NCBI GenBank assembly: GCA_040954595.2
Contig: CM082580.2
Coordinates: 2,594,783-2,658,782, forward strand
Direction of reading: 5' to 3'
DNA from: Balanoglossus misakiensis
Lineage: Eukaryota > Animalia > Hemichordata
Length of the DNA stretch: 64,000 bases
The notes under the pieces are model-generated. The model was given only the letters and a program-made list of their open reading frames with translations. It ran no database searches and was not told the origin of the DNA. Shown here in pieces: positions 12,101 through 24,518 of this stretch (its first letter is position 1; every line of letters starts with the position of its first letter). Position numbers and translations under genes: made by a program.

Positions 12101-14384
12101 TAGAATAGAGGCCGAATTTTAGGTCCTGTTGATAATTCGCAAATACACATGATCATTGATAATTATGATGCCAAACGGATCAAAGGCCAAACACGTGAAG
12201 TGAGCGTTGCACCAGCACATCATATCATACTTGATCTAGTTGCTCCGACAAAATGGACGGCATTCTTGCTTACCACTAGTCTGAAAACAAAGCAAATTTT
12301 GCAAAATGCTACACATTATGAAAAAAGTAGATCTCAACATTGGTCAAAAATGAATTGTAAGTGGAGGACCAAACTTCACCACTTTTGTTGTCGCAAAAGA
12401 TACAGTGAAGAAGCAGATACGCGGATTGTTCTTAGTTCTACACGCAATTGCAGCGTCTGATAGAGGGGCAAGATGACTCCTTACGTCAACTTGTCATATC
12501 AACAGAAATCATCTTGATAAGAATGTGCTAAATATGATAAAACTTTGTACATATTTAAACTGAAATACCATAGAATGGCCACAATATAAGTTGAATATAG
12601 TATTTTTACAGTAAAAGCATGCTGATAATGTATGTCCCTTTATAGCAATTGCAAATGCACGTTCGCATATTTCAAGAAATATACCAATTTTACTAAATCT
12701 TGAATTCATCAGCTCGCCATAGGAATTGAAAATGTCATCAAGCATTTTCAAACTCTCAGAACAATAACTTTAAAATGGTGTATGACACAAAATGTTGTAT
12801 GGCCAAGTCAGAGGGTTCGTTTTTTCTGGGGAGATCTGCAACACTAATTAGAGTTGGGATATTGAATTTTGACCCCATCTTTTGAAGGTGACCCTGAACT
12901 TAAATTTAAAATATCAAAATATACAAAATTATAGCATTCTAGATCCCAACAGTGTAGTAAACGCTCGCCGTAAAATGTCATTTTGAACCAAAATTTGAGG
13001 ATGACCTTGACCTTGAACCCCAAAGTTCAATTTAGCAATCAAAAGCTCGCATCCGACAATACAAGTTTGAGTGTTTAAATTTTATCTAAAGCTTAATTGG
13101 TAGCAAAGATATAGCAAGTTTCTTATTTTGGGGAATTTCGCAAAATCTTCTATCCGTCGTTATGGTTACAGAATTTTTATATAAATTACAACCAAAGACG
13201 AAAATAGGCCTATTTTTCTTAAAGCTAATATTCCTTGCAACCTGATGACCAATTTACAGCCTCCTCGAGCAAACCGTTTTCCAGTAAATCAAAACTATGT
13301 ATGACCGATATGCAAAAAATAGCGAAATTTTCACTTTGACCCCAAGTTTTGAAGATGAACTTGACCTCTGACCTTGTCGGTCGTGTAATAATTGGATAGT
13401 CCGTACCCTACTTTATAATACTGAATGTTTAAATTTTTTCTCTAGCTTTCTCAGAACCTGAAATATCTCATTTTAACTGTATGAGTACTCTTGCTATTCC
13501 TACCATTCATTTTGTTGTCATTAAAACAGCAGGTTTTGCATATTAAGTATATGTAAACAGCAAAACAAATTAAAATCTTTGTAAACAATACACATCTCTA
13601 TCTGGAGATCAAATTATAGCATTCTAGACCCAAACAGTGTTTAGTAAACGCTCGCCGTAAAATGTCATTTTGAACAAAAATCCATAATGTCCATTTTGTC
13701 ACTTTGACCTGAAATTTGAGGATGACCTTGACCTTGAACCCCAAAGTTCAAGTAAGCAATGAAATGATCGCACCCGACATTATAAGTTTGAGTGTTTAAA
13801 TTTTATCTAAAGCTTAATTGGTAGCAAAGATATAGCAGGATTCTTATTTTTGTGATTTTCGCAAAATCTGCTATCCGTCGTTATGGTAACAGAATTTTAA
13901 TATAACTTAATATCAAAGACGTGAATCAGCTTATTTTTCATAAACCTAATGTTCCATGCTACCTGATGACCAATTTACAGCCTCCTCGAGCAAACCGTTT
14001 TCCAGTAAATCGAAACTATGTATGATCGATGTGCAAAAAATAGCGAAATTTTTACTTTGACCCCGCGTTTTGAAGATGAACTTGACCTCTGACCTTGTCG
14101 GTCATGTAATCATTGGATAGCCCGTCCCCTACTTTATAAGACCCAATGTTTAAATTTTTTCTCTAGCTTTCTCAGATCCTGAAATATATCATTTTTTAAC
14201 TGTATGAGTACCCCTAAAATTATGCTATCGTTACCATGACAACCGCTCCTCACGGCCACATCCACCATTAATATGAGTGCAAACAACCTGATTCTGACAG
14301 CTGGATAAATAGGCTTTCCAAAAATATATGTCTGCAAAAATCCTCAGGGGGGGGGGAGGGTTTCGGTCTCTGGCCCATGGACTA
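9143..14384 (+). mobile_element. Non-autonomous Academ(X)-like DNA transposon, 5.2 kb, with ~1.5-kb TIRs and decayed transposase remnants
   Basis: TAGTCCATGGGCCAGAGACC at 9143 and its reverse complement ending at 14384. The inverted match spans ~9143-10650 vs ~12910-14384. Internal + strand remnants: DYARYMS (~11340), KGAGGVIGL..ALEKW (~11452) and EEADTRIVL (~12407, XPG/FEN1-like). Flanking 3-mers are AAA/CAA. Confidence 0.75.
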
Positions 14385-15842
14385 CAATGCAAGTGTTGAA
14401 CAACATCTGATAGCACCACAGTTAAATGTGTAATAATTACCTTGTTCGCGTCACTGACCACAGCGAAATAGATCACCACTATAAGTAGGGATTGGTAAAA
14501 CATTTTGACCTAATCTGCATGAAATGGAAATTACTGGGTTAAATTTGTCAATATATAGTGTAAAGAGGACTGCAGTACGAGTTATAACCATCAGCATTTT
14601 ACACCACATGTATGTACTTCATTTACCCACACTCTGTAATTCAAAACGGGGGTTAGCTTTTGAGAGTGTGTCCAAATTTCTACCTCGAAGTGGTTCACTC
14701 AGCCCAGCATGGTCAAGGTGCATTATGTGTTGAAATCATAATTATAATGCCGTACTATATACAAGGCGAAAAAGGGATATAAACACTGTTTTCATAAAAT
14801 TAAAACCACACCACAAGACAAAACAACACACCATAGGTAAGGTTACCGTATTGAACTGTTCCATTCCCAAGTAAATGCAATCGTGTCATCGGTACGCCAT
14901 TGATTACCATACCGTACGGTTGCAAGCTCAGACGGACAACAAATCTGTTTAATTTCGACACAAAATGTTCTAGTCATGAATTACAAAAAATCCGAAAATT
15001 AAACCCTAATGTACACGGTACAAAGGTTCACTGTACAGGTAAAACGTAAATGATTCTGTGATGTCGGACTGAAGCTGGACTTACCTTTTCTCGAGTTGTT
15101 GATTTCGAAATAAAACACGCCAAGTATTCGCCTTTTATTTTGGGTAAAAATATGGACGACGTTTCGTGTGACCAAACACTGACAGATGGTTTGTCTGTAA
15201 AAGCCTCCGATGTTTTGTCCCTTTTAATCTTTCATCATTTATATAGCTTGTTTGTTTGTTTCTAGACGCCGTATGGCATCTATTTCAGGTGGCGAAGGTT
15301 AGTGATTCATCACCGGCATTCAGTTTATCAACCACGTTGTTGTCGTGTTCTGCATCCCATGGATAGTGGTCATAAACAAAACAGGATTGACTTGCAATAA
15401 GCTACCTTTTGTCATCCATATGGTTCTCCACATGAAAGCAGGAAAATAACTCTGCAGAAATAAACTGTGTTAATTACACGTTCGACCCAGAAATTGTATC
15501 TTAAGACCTATTTAAGCAAGGGAGGACAAATTCCTTATCCTATCATACCTTACTGTACTGCACCACAGCGTAATATAATCGTACATTGTCATATAGGCCT
15601 ATAATGAAATGACACGTCACGTCACTAATATATTAGATCACCGTGACACGGTTATTATTACAATCAAACAGTACCTACAATTTCATGTTTTCTTGAAACC
15701 CCAAACACATACCTATCTACAATTTACATCATGACGCAATTAATAGGTAGGCCTAGGCTACATGTATTACGAAGGCCTAATTCAGTCTGTCTACATCGAT
15801 ACGTGCCTGCATAGAACTACATATAGCAAGTTGGTTTCCAAC

Positions 15843-16304
15843 CAATCTGATTAAATCAGATGTAGGGAACGGCGACGTGTTTTTTTATGCTGTCGCCTCA
15901 CACTACACCAACTCTCACTTGAGCTCCCGTTGAAATCGCGCATTCCGATCCAGCCAATTAGATTGCATGTTATGTCGACCACAGAATTGCACTGGGAGAT
16001 GGAAGAAATTTTGTTGTTGACTTCGAGTATCGCACAGAATACGACAGATTGGCTTTCTCTTGTGAACAATTACATGTAATCCCATGATATCTTCATTTGT
16101 TTGGCGTCATCGTATGCGAATGGTTTTCGCAGAGCAGTGCAACGTCGAGCTGTAGCCATATACAAATGATGAACTGTCGCTGATCATTCATCAATCTGAT
16201 TAAAATCAGATGTAGGGAACGGCGATGTGGGTTTTTTTATGCAGAGGCGACAGCATAAAAAAACACCACGTCGCCGTTCCCTACATCTGATTTTAATCAG
16301 ATTG
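15843..16304. mobile_element. Palindromic MITE family (caatctgattaaaatcagatgtagggaacggcga), rearranged copies
   Basis: Full hairpin at 16192-16304 plus an extra left end at 15843; same family as 36978-37087. No TSD recovered here; it abuts the truncated pentraxin exon. Confidence 0.75.
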
Positions 16305-19300
16305 GAACGGCCCCTTCTGTCCACACTGTCTGTACATGTAATTCATTTGGTGCCAGTCGCTCCCCAAATCGACTTGACACGTGTGAAAGCCGTACACATC
16401 TCCTAAGAAAATATTTCTACCCTCTTTTAGGGGGCTGAATGCTAATCTAACCGTTCCATGGCCGTTAAGATGGACTTCCCGATCGTAGACATTTCTTGTT
16501 ATTTGGATGCCGTCCTGAAAGGTAGCCGTGTTTGATATTGTTGCCGCCAGGCACAGGTGGTGCCATGACCCGTTGTTGACACGACCTGACCCAGAACCAA
16601 TTCTGGAGTAGCCTCGGTGTTGTTGTCCGTCATATGTCGTCACTTGAAGACGGCTGTGATCGATGTAAATACTCTGTATATCATCGTCAGCACCAGCAGA
16701 GGCTTCGAACTCCAATATCGTTGCAACACTGTTGTATGTCGTGGACAAGGACGTCCACAGGCAAAATGTTACTTCTGACAAACTTCTTGACACACCGGCT
16801 TGTTCAAGCCAAAGTCTAGAAGATCTTCCTAGCACATATTTTGTTGAAGTTTGGTCTGAAAAATAGAATAGAATGCAGGAAGTGATGATGTCAAAATTTC
16901 TTCAACTATTAAAACGTAAAACTTTCGATTAGCGGATCTAGTCAACTATAAGAAAGAGTGTTTTCAAAATGGACAGAACTTGAGACAGCTGACCAAGTTG
17001 ATTAATATCATGACACACGTTAACAAAAACTAGTGACGGGGTAGAAATTTCTCTGTATTTTGTTTAATCCTTCCAGATTTCCAGACGAACAGGCGTAGCA
17101 GTCCTCTTCTGTTAATTCCGTTCAGAACCTTACCTGCGGGGCATTCGCCTTCAAGGTTGGCGCAGATGCACGACCCCTCAACTGTATCTATGTTTTCAAG
17201 ACACGCACCCCCTGTCATGCAAGCTTCAAGGCGAAATCCCGGACGACCTGCAGGTTAGAAACAACAGTAAGCATACGTGTCAAGGTGTATGATGAAGGCG
17301 CGAATTTATATTTTATTACCAGATTATTCACCCTTCGAATGAAATATGAATTATATTATATCATGCTACCGTCCGCGATTCTGATTGGACGAGAGCGATG
17401 GTAAAATACTGTTATACCAATGCTGGACGTGGTAAAACGGGCCCCTGAACTAGCATGCTGCAGGGAAAATGTGGAGTTAAACCACAGTCGCGTGGGATTA
17501 AACCAAATAAATAGCATAAAAACACTTGAATTTACGGACATTTTATTTAGGAACTGCTCTGCTCTGAATATTTTGCACTTTTGTCTTTTTTTGTCGTCTG
17601 CTTCATGTTTAATGCTCGATCCCGGGCCGCTCGTGTTTACATTCATCGTCCCCATGTTGGTTCACGATCGTAACATCTCGTTCTGATGCTGTTTCGTTAA
17701 CAAAAATGACACTTATATGCCACAAAATCAATTGTTGATATAATATAATAGCAATAACCCCCGCCTCAGTCGGGTATACACGAGATTTGGGTACAATTCG
17801 AGACATATAGCACGAGCCGTTAGGCGAGTGCTATATGGAGCGAATTGTACCCAATGTTTAAAATTTTTGTGTTCTTATGTCATATTTTCTACTTACGACA
17901 TATATCAGTCGTTTTCTTTTCGATTTTTTCAGCCTTGTCGGTATCTTCTTTAATTATGACTGCCCCACCTAAGAAGGGCTTCTTCTGCGTCATATCCACT
18001 ACAGCTTTCCACCATTCCTGTGATTGTTTGTTCGTCCACTTTGATGCTGTACATGTGAAACTGGCTCATCTCGCCGAAAAGCGACGGCTTTTCCTGGCAG
18101 TGGGCAGGGCGTGCCCGAGGTAGACCACTCCACCGCCAAGCATGTGTTCAAAATGGCCGTCGCCCAGAATGATACCAGTGCCGTCGACGTAAAGCCAGCG
18201 ACGACCGGTGCCAATCCTGCCGACCCAGGCCACACACACGTGATGCCAGAGGCCGTCGGTCGGGATCCGACCCTGCAAGGCACCCCCCTCCCACTCCCCA
18301 TTCGTAGTATTGCCAAACATAATCCAAGAAGAGCGACAGAGCATGCGCCAGTTTGTTTGACGTTGGCACCGAAGTTGCCGCTTCGTAGTGCGCCAGCGCA
18401 GTGTATCTGGTGTGGTTTTAATCCACAGGCAAAAAGTACATGAGCTCCGACAGTCGAGGATCCGTGCTGTCATTGCAGCTATCGATTATTACTGAGGATC
18501 TGCCATTAAATATGAACTTTGGATCGGAAAGATGCATGCATTAAAATTATCATTACATGATCTTTTCGGCAGAAAATGAATTAGTCTGATTTCCAGATTC
18601 ACAATGTCTGCCGGTATACTCCTTGTCTCGCGCTTGCCAGACCTCGCTCTATCCTTCGGCGGCATTGCCACACGAAGTGCGCCACGAGCAGCGAAGCTGC
18701 GAACGAACTTTATCTGAATTAGAATAATCTCTACCTTGGTTGCATGGACCTTGCCGAGGTGCATGGCTGTTGTCGGCAACCGTACTAACTCCGTAATCAG
18801 CCACAATGTCCATCATAATCTCCTGCAGTGATTCGTGTAAAACGGATTACCCTGAGGCTCATCACCTAGTTGACCAAAAACTTGATACCATTACTTGTTT
18901 GGTCAGATCGGATTCATTTTCCTCATATGCCTAAAGTACAGTTTGTGATGACACGTATGGTCTTTCCCAAGAAAGGGAAATTATTACTGCCCAATATTCG
19001 GCCACGAAGATGTTTCAAATTGATTTTGACTTTTTATTGGTGTGAATATTAGTGATGGCATGTCACATTGAGAGGACATTGCACTTTTGGTGTAGGCCAT
19101 AATATCAGTTTTCGAGCGTCTGTGACTGAGATATACGTAACATGCAAAACTATACCATGCATGTCTTCTTGTTCTTCTGCTTGGCAGTCATTGACCTCGG
19201 TGTGCAATCTTCCCACTTCCTGTTCTGCTATGTTTTTCTGATATTCCAGTTCGTCTATTCGTTGAAGTAAATCCAAGATGACACTCTTCAGCGTTTCCGC

Positions 19301-19567
19301 TTTCGCTCGGTCTTCTTGTATATGTTGTCTCCAATCCCACTCTTCGCCGTCGCCATTAGAGCCGCAGATACTTGGCAAAACTTGGTCAGTCGGCAAACAT
19401 CGCCGGTCGTCCGGAGGGGACAGCAACAGAGTGTATGAGCAGCGATTTTCCCGCGCACAGAACCCTTAGCCAGGAGAGCAAGAGTAACCACCGCTGTTGT
19501 CCTCACACAGTGTTAATCGCGGCAAACACATCATGCCAGCAAGTAGTATGTACAAGTAATGCGCCAT
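16305..19567 (-). pseudogene. Secreted coiled-coil + pentraxin - EGF-like - pentraxin gene, proximal copy, pseudogenised
   Basis: Exon 1 at 19567-19156 (signal peptide MAHYLYILLAGMMCLPRLTLC, RCSYTLLL motif, coiled coil) has an in-frame TAA at 19468-19466. Exon 2 at 18524-17897 has an acceptor reading CG instead of AG and several frameshifts. EGF-like exon at 17247-17134. Last pentraxin exon from 16855 is cut off at the MITE (16304). Confidence 0.8.
17354..17860. mobile_element. Interspersed repeat family A (tattatatcatgctacc... body with terminal hairpin)
   Basis: Closely similar copies at ~27337-28110, ~40137-40625 and ~48688-49258; a fragment at ~24120-24188. Confidence 0.75.
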
Positions 19568-19819
19568 CTCCGTTGATTGTTAGTTCCCGCGGTGTATTAG
19601 CAGTGAAACGCCTCTTGGAACGGCAAACTTTAGCAAGTCGATGTCAGAGGTTGTCGCAGATGCGATGTCCAGTAACAGATCGGATTCCTGCCCTACAATC
19701 CGCGTCATCTGACGTCAGAGATATCGGCCGAGAGAAAATAAAACAACTGCCAATCGAATATGTTTACATCCGACAAACGGTGTACCGAAATTATGAAAAG
19801 AACACTTCCTAGCTTAGTT

Positions 19820-20930
19820 CTCAAATTTTAGTCAGCCCTGGAACAGACAGACACACACACAGACAGACAAAGACGCTCACTGACCTGCCACTGGTGATTA
19901 AAAATTTAATAGCTGGTGGTCTCTGCAACAGCTGGCTATTTAAAGTTATGTACCGTGAACATGTCTAAGTTGGGGGTAACAACTTCTTGTAAACAATAAC
20001 TTTCAAAACAACTGGTTTAGGAGAAGATTTGCTAACCAAAAACAAAGAAACTTACGAAAAACTTGCCAAATATTGAATGTTTCTGATATGAGAATTGAAT
20101 AAAGGTTGCACATATACATGTAAGTATTATGAAATGGTATCCTAAATTTCAAAGCAATCAGAGAAAATACAAACTTAAAAGAAGTTTCACAGAAAATGAT
20201 TGTTCAAAAGTGGCAAAAACACAAATATGTAAATATCACCAAAATTGTACAATATCTTACTTCAATCACTACGAGGGACATGCCTGCAAAAGTTCAATGC
20301 AATGTGACAAGTGGTTTAAATTGCAAAAAAAATCCCCAATAACACATTTATGCAAATATCAGAGATTTTTAACAACATATTACTTAGGTTACCCCTAGGA
20401 ACATACCTACCAAATTGCAAAGCAATCTGGCATGCGGTTTTACAGAAAAAACAAAAATGGCAAAAATTGCTCAAAATTATAAATATGCAAATTTTGCAAC
20501 AATTTGAACAAAACTATGGCTACTCAGACAAACATTAGGAAGCTTCATACTTAATTTCAAAGAAGTAGACCTATCACTTTCAGAAATGAAGATTTTTTAC
20601 CAATAATATGGAAAAATAAAAAAAAAATGTAAAAAATCGATACAATTAGCTCAAAACATAGAGGACTGTTTGAGGCAGACATAAGGTACATGCATGCTAA
20701 TTTTCAAATCTATCTGACCAGTGGTTGTCGAGTTTTGACCAATTTCGCATTTTCCAGCTAATTTGCATATTTTGGGCAATAGCAACTTCATTTGAACAAA
20801 CTCCATCTACAGCCCAGCATGCATCTACACACCAAATATTGAGGTTATACGTGCAGCGGTTTTCAAGTTTTTGATGTGGACGGATATACACACATACATC
20901 CATATATACGAAGTATGCGGTTCGACTGAT
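19820..20930. repeat. Probable interspersed repeat region (Helentron-like non-autonomous remnants)
   Basis: Shares gcagcggttttcaagtttttgat.tgga..gac with 34238-34290; cagacagacacacac...cactgac is shared with ~31370-31415. Confidence 0.35.
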
Positions 20931-21159
20931 CCGATGCAAAGCGCTCAATACAAAAGTAGAGCAGAGTATAAAGAATGGAAGTAAGAGAAACGAAAGGCGG
21001 TAAAATTTCTGCAACACTGTTTCATGAGTCACTAGACTCACTCAGCAGGAGACTAAACTGGCGAAAATGCCATGGGGAAGGCGCGTTTATATGCAGGTAC
21101 ACAGGTGGTGGAATGTAGGTTGGGGTGGGCCGTTTTGCACAACAATGTCGATAGCTGGT

Positions 21160-21310
21160 GATATGTATGTGTCCTTCAGAGTCCAAATATGTTTGCTGAA
21201 TTCGGTGGAATTCCTGGAGCATATGAGTCAGAAAGATGAAGTGTGGTTTCTGTATCTTGTTTTGAAGTCGTTTCTTGTTTTGAAGTCGTTCTCGGTCAGT
21301 CCATATTTCA
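21160..21310 (-). mobile_element. Penelope-like retroelement GIY-YIG endonuclease fragment
   Basis: YGLTENDFKTRYRNHTSSF...STEFSKHIWTLK with a short internal duplication and a stop; this matches the endonuclease pattern of Penelope-like elements. Confidence 0.6.
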
Positions 21311-22229
21311 GATGTACAGGTCCACCCTGTAGAGCTGGTAGGTTTTTTCGTATCTTCAAAAGTAGCGAGAGTTCAACAAAATCGTTTGGTACAACTATAT
21401 TCAAACCCATTAGTCCCAGGAATAGTGCAGGAGGTAAACCCCAAATTTTGGCACGAGTGTGCACTTTGGGTTAGAAGCGCTAACTTTTATTCCGAAATTT
21501 TGCCTTCAAACACCTAAATATCAATATTTAAAAAATGCGCCCTCAACTTGTATTTTCTAGGTATGTTCAGAGGTCAACTATAGCGTTTCTGTTCGCAATT
21601 ACGTCGTTGCAGTTCACCACGCCACTTTCTTACGTACCCCTGAGATTTGAAAGGGTTCGGTTTAGACAAGTTTGACTGTAGTGTCTGGCAATAACATTTA
21701 ACTGATAGAATTAAAAGCCTTTCATATTATTTGAGATGTTTAAGGCTTAACATATTTTTTATTTAGTTGCAGCTCATGGGACTTTAACGTTTTCACCCCA
21801 GTTACCTCTTTACAGATACAATCTTACCATGGAAAACAATGGGTTCGGCCTTAACCATAGTGGAGCAAGGCTTAAGGATCAACTTTATCCTTCTACAAAC
21901 TAACAGGCCAGTATACCACAGATGAAATACTTTTAGTGTCTGCTGTTTGGCTGTTATGGGTGCTGAACACAAAACCCTGCATCACCAGCCAGTTTGAGAC
22001 CATGTCATAAGTGTAGCACTCATACTGTCAGACATTTCAAATTGGACAATGATTTTCTTCTTCAATGCAGTTTAATTCAAAATGCCGAATTAATGAAATG
22101 ATTTACAGTCCACAAAGGTGCAATCATAACAGCTTTAGATAACCATTTTTTCTTTTAAATCTGGTCATTTTATGCAAATCTGAGGACGTTCCTAATGGAA
22201 ACAAGATGCTTGAAATCTGCTGACATTTA

Positions 22230-24487
22230 TTACTGTTTCTTCTTTCTCTGCTTCTTCAATAGAGAATTCCTCAAGGCAATCTGAAGAAAAAATAAATAAA
22301 TATGATACCTTCATACGCAACACAGTTCTGACATACTGTAAAACACTTTATTTTGGCGAGTTGAAATTTTCGCGATATCAAGAGAGGCCACTGTTTCGCA
22401 AGTAGTAATTTTCGCATTCTCTTATTTCATTCACTGCATCGTTATCTTCAAAAAAAAGTTTACGCGACTTTTTATTTTCACGCTATTTTGGCTCTCGCGT
22501 ATTTGGCGAAAATTAATTGCTCGCGAAAATAAAGTGTTTTACAGTAATTTCTGCACCTAAGGCAAAAACATGCAGTTTCAATGCCTTCCATACACACTTA
22601 CACAAAAGAAATTCCTGCATGACCAAATCCTGCACAAAACAGGGTTGTCTGAGACTTCTCAGGTGTGTGTTTTTAAAAGAATTTGACAAGTAATGGCATG
22701 TACATTTCCAATGTTTTGAATGAAAATTCCTGTGATTTTGACACAGCCTTTACCAGAACCTACACATGCACCTGTTCATATAAAAGCCTCAGTATTTCTC
22801 GTTTTCGCATAAATTGTTTGAAACGGCATCTTCAATTTCTCAAAGTACATGATAATTGATACTGAACCGAACAGTTATCATGGCCAGCTCTGTTCATAAA
22901 CACAAACAATTTACAATACAACGAGTGAAGAATTACTTTCTCTCCGGACAGAAAGTCAGACTCTGTTGACATACGGAATGCGACATAAACAAACCCGTGC
23001 ATCATTTCAAGTGTTACGGGCAATATTTACAGCTTGCATGTAGCTACAGTTGCCCAAACCTTTCATATATCTTCATTATGTAGTATTCCATGATGAATGT
23101 ACAGGGAAAACGGGCAATTTTTGATGATGAAAAATGGATATTCACGCTAAATACTGGGGCTTTAACTTTAAGTCCCTCATACACCAGAAACATGTCTATG
23201 TTGGTGCATACAGCATACCTGATCTAGAAACTAGCTTTATCCATAAGAACCATCGAGATCAAAAGCAGAAACGTATACTAGACCTTTCTTTAAAAAATTC
23301 TTCAATACCAATCATACACAGGTATTTGCACCTGAATTGTCCTTATCCTATTGCAGTACCAAACTTCAAATGTTTTCATCTTCCCAGTATTAAGAAGGAT
23401 CACACAAGCAGAGCATACCTATTAATGACAAAACAGCAAAGAGTTGTCATTACCTGTTTTTCTCGAAAGGATCTTTTTTGCTTTTGCCTGATGTTGCGTT
23501 TTTGTTTTATCATCATGAATGCTTTGTTCTTTCTTTTCTCTTTGTTTGTTGTACTTGCATGTGGATTCTGCCGTTTCTGTTTGGAGGAAAACTTCTGTCT
23601 TCCCTCACGTCCAGCCTGCCATAAAAAAAATCAATTTATCAATTGTCATTGTTTCTGCATTTCGCAAATGAGAAATGGCAAAATTGTGCAGAAGTGTTAA
23701 TAAGACATCAAATCAGGTCAAATATCAATGTATATATCCACACAGGATAATTCTTTCAATTTGCATGTAAAACTCACCATAACTGTTGCTAATCTTGCTT
23801 CTTTATCATGTCTAGGTCTTTTATTTACTACTTCAATGTTCTTCAGTCTCACAAATTCTTCACTGAAAATTAAAATTGCATAAAAATCCAATTACAACAA
23901 TACATTAAGAAATATTGTGAACATAGCGTCAAGGACACTGTGGCCCCATTTGGGGGTTACACAGAAATAGGTATACACCAGAATAAAAATCACACGTGAC
24001 ATTGGCAAGAAGATATGACCCAACCACATATAAACAGGGACATGAAAAAATAAATTAACTATAGGAAAATGCCCAATCAAATATCATGTGTCATGGCCTG
24101 TATTAGAAGTGCTCTACTGAGAATTTTAGTATCGCTGGAATGAGCTCTCGTCCGATCAGAATGGCGGATGGTAGCATGATATAATATAATTTATTGTTTT
24201 ACTGGTGTATTACATGTGGCCATGGCAATACATACTTTTGTTGGCGATCGTCCTTTATTTCAACATGTTTCCTCTTCTTTGATTTGCTGTCACTCTTGGA
24301 TTTGGCCATGTTCATTTCCTTCTGCATTAATCTTAGTTTGATTTGTTTGAATTCGTCCTGCGTTAAAATTCTGGACTGAGTGATGTCAGCTGCCTTGCTT
24401 TGTCTTTCTTCTACAGGAAGTTCGTCATCTGATCCTGCTTCAACATCACTATCCGAGTGCACCACATCCTCCCAACTTCCGTCGCTT

Positions 24488-24518
<31 letters not shown>

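Noticed and set aside
14385-15842. Candidate location for the missing first exon of the distal pentraxin copy
   Set aside because: No signal-peptide or coiled-coil exon resembling 19567-19156 could be recognised by eye; a tBLASTn with that exon would settle it.
19466-19468. In-frame stop as programmed read-through or selenocysteine
   Set aside because: The codon is TAA, not TGA, and the same gene has an acceptor mutation and frameshifts, so pseudogenisation is simpler.
23134-23700. 188-aa plus-strand ORF and other antisense ORFs over SDAD1, lectin and pentraxin exons
   Set aside because: Shadow frames of real exons on the opposite strand with no recognisable domain.
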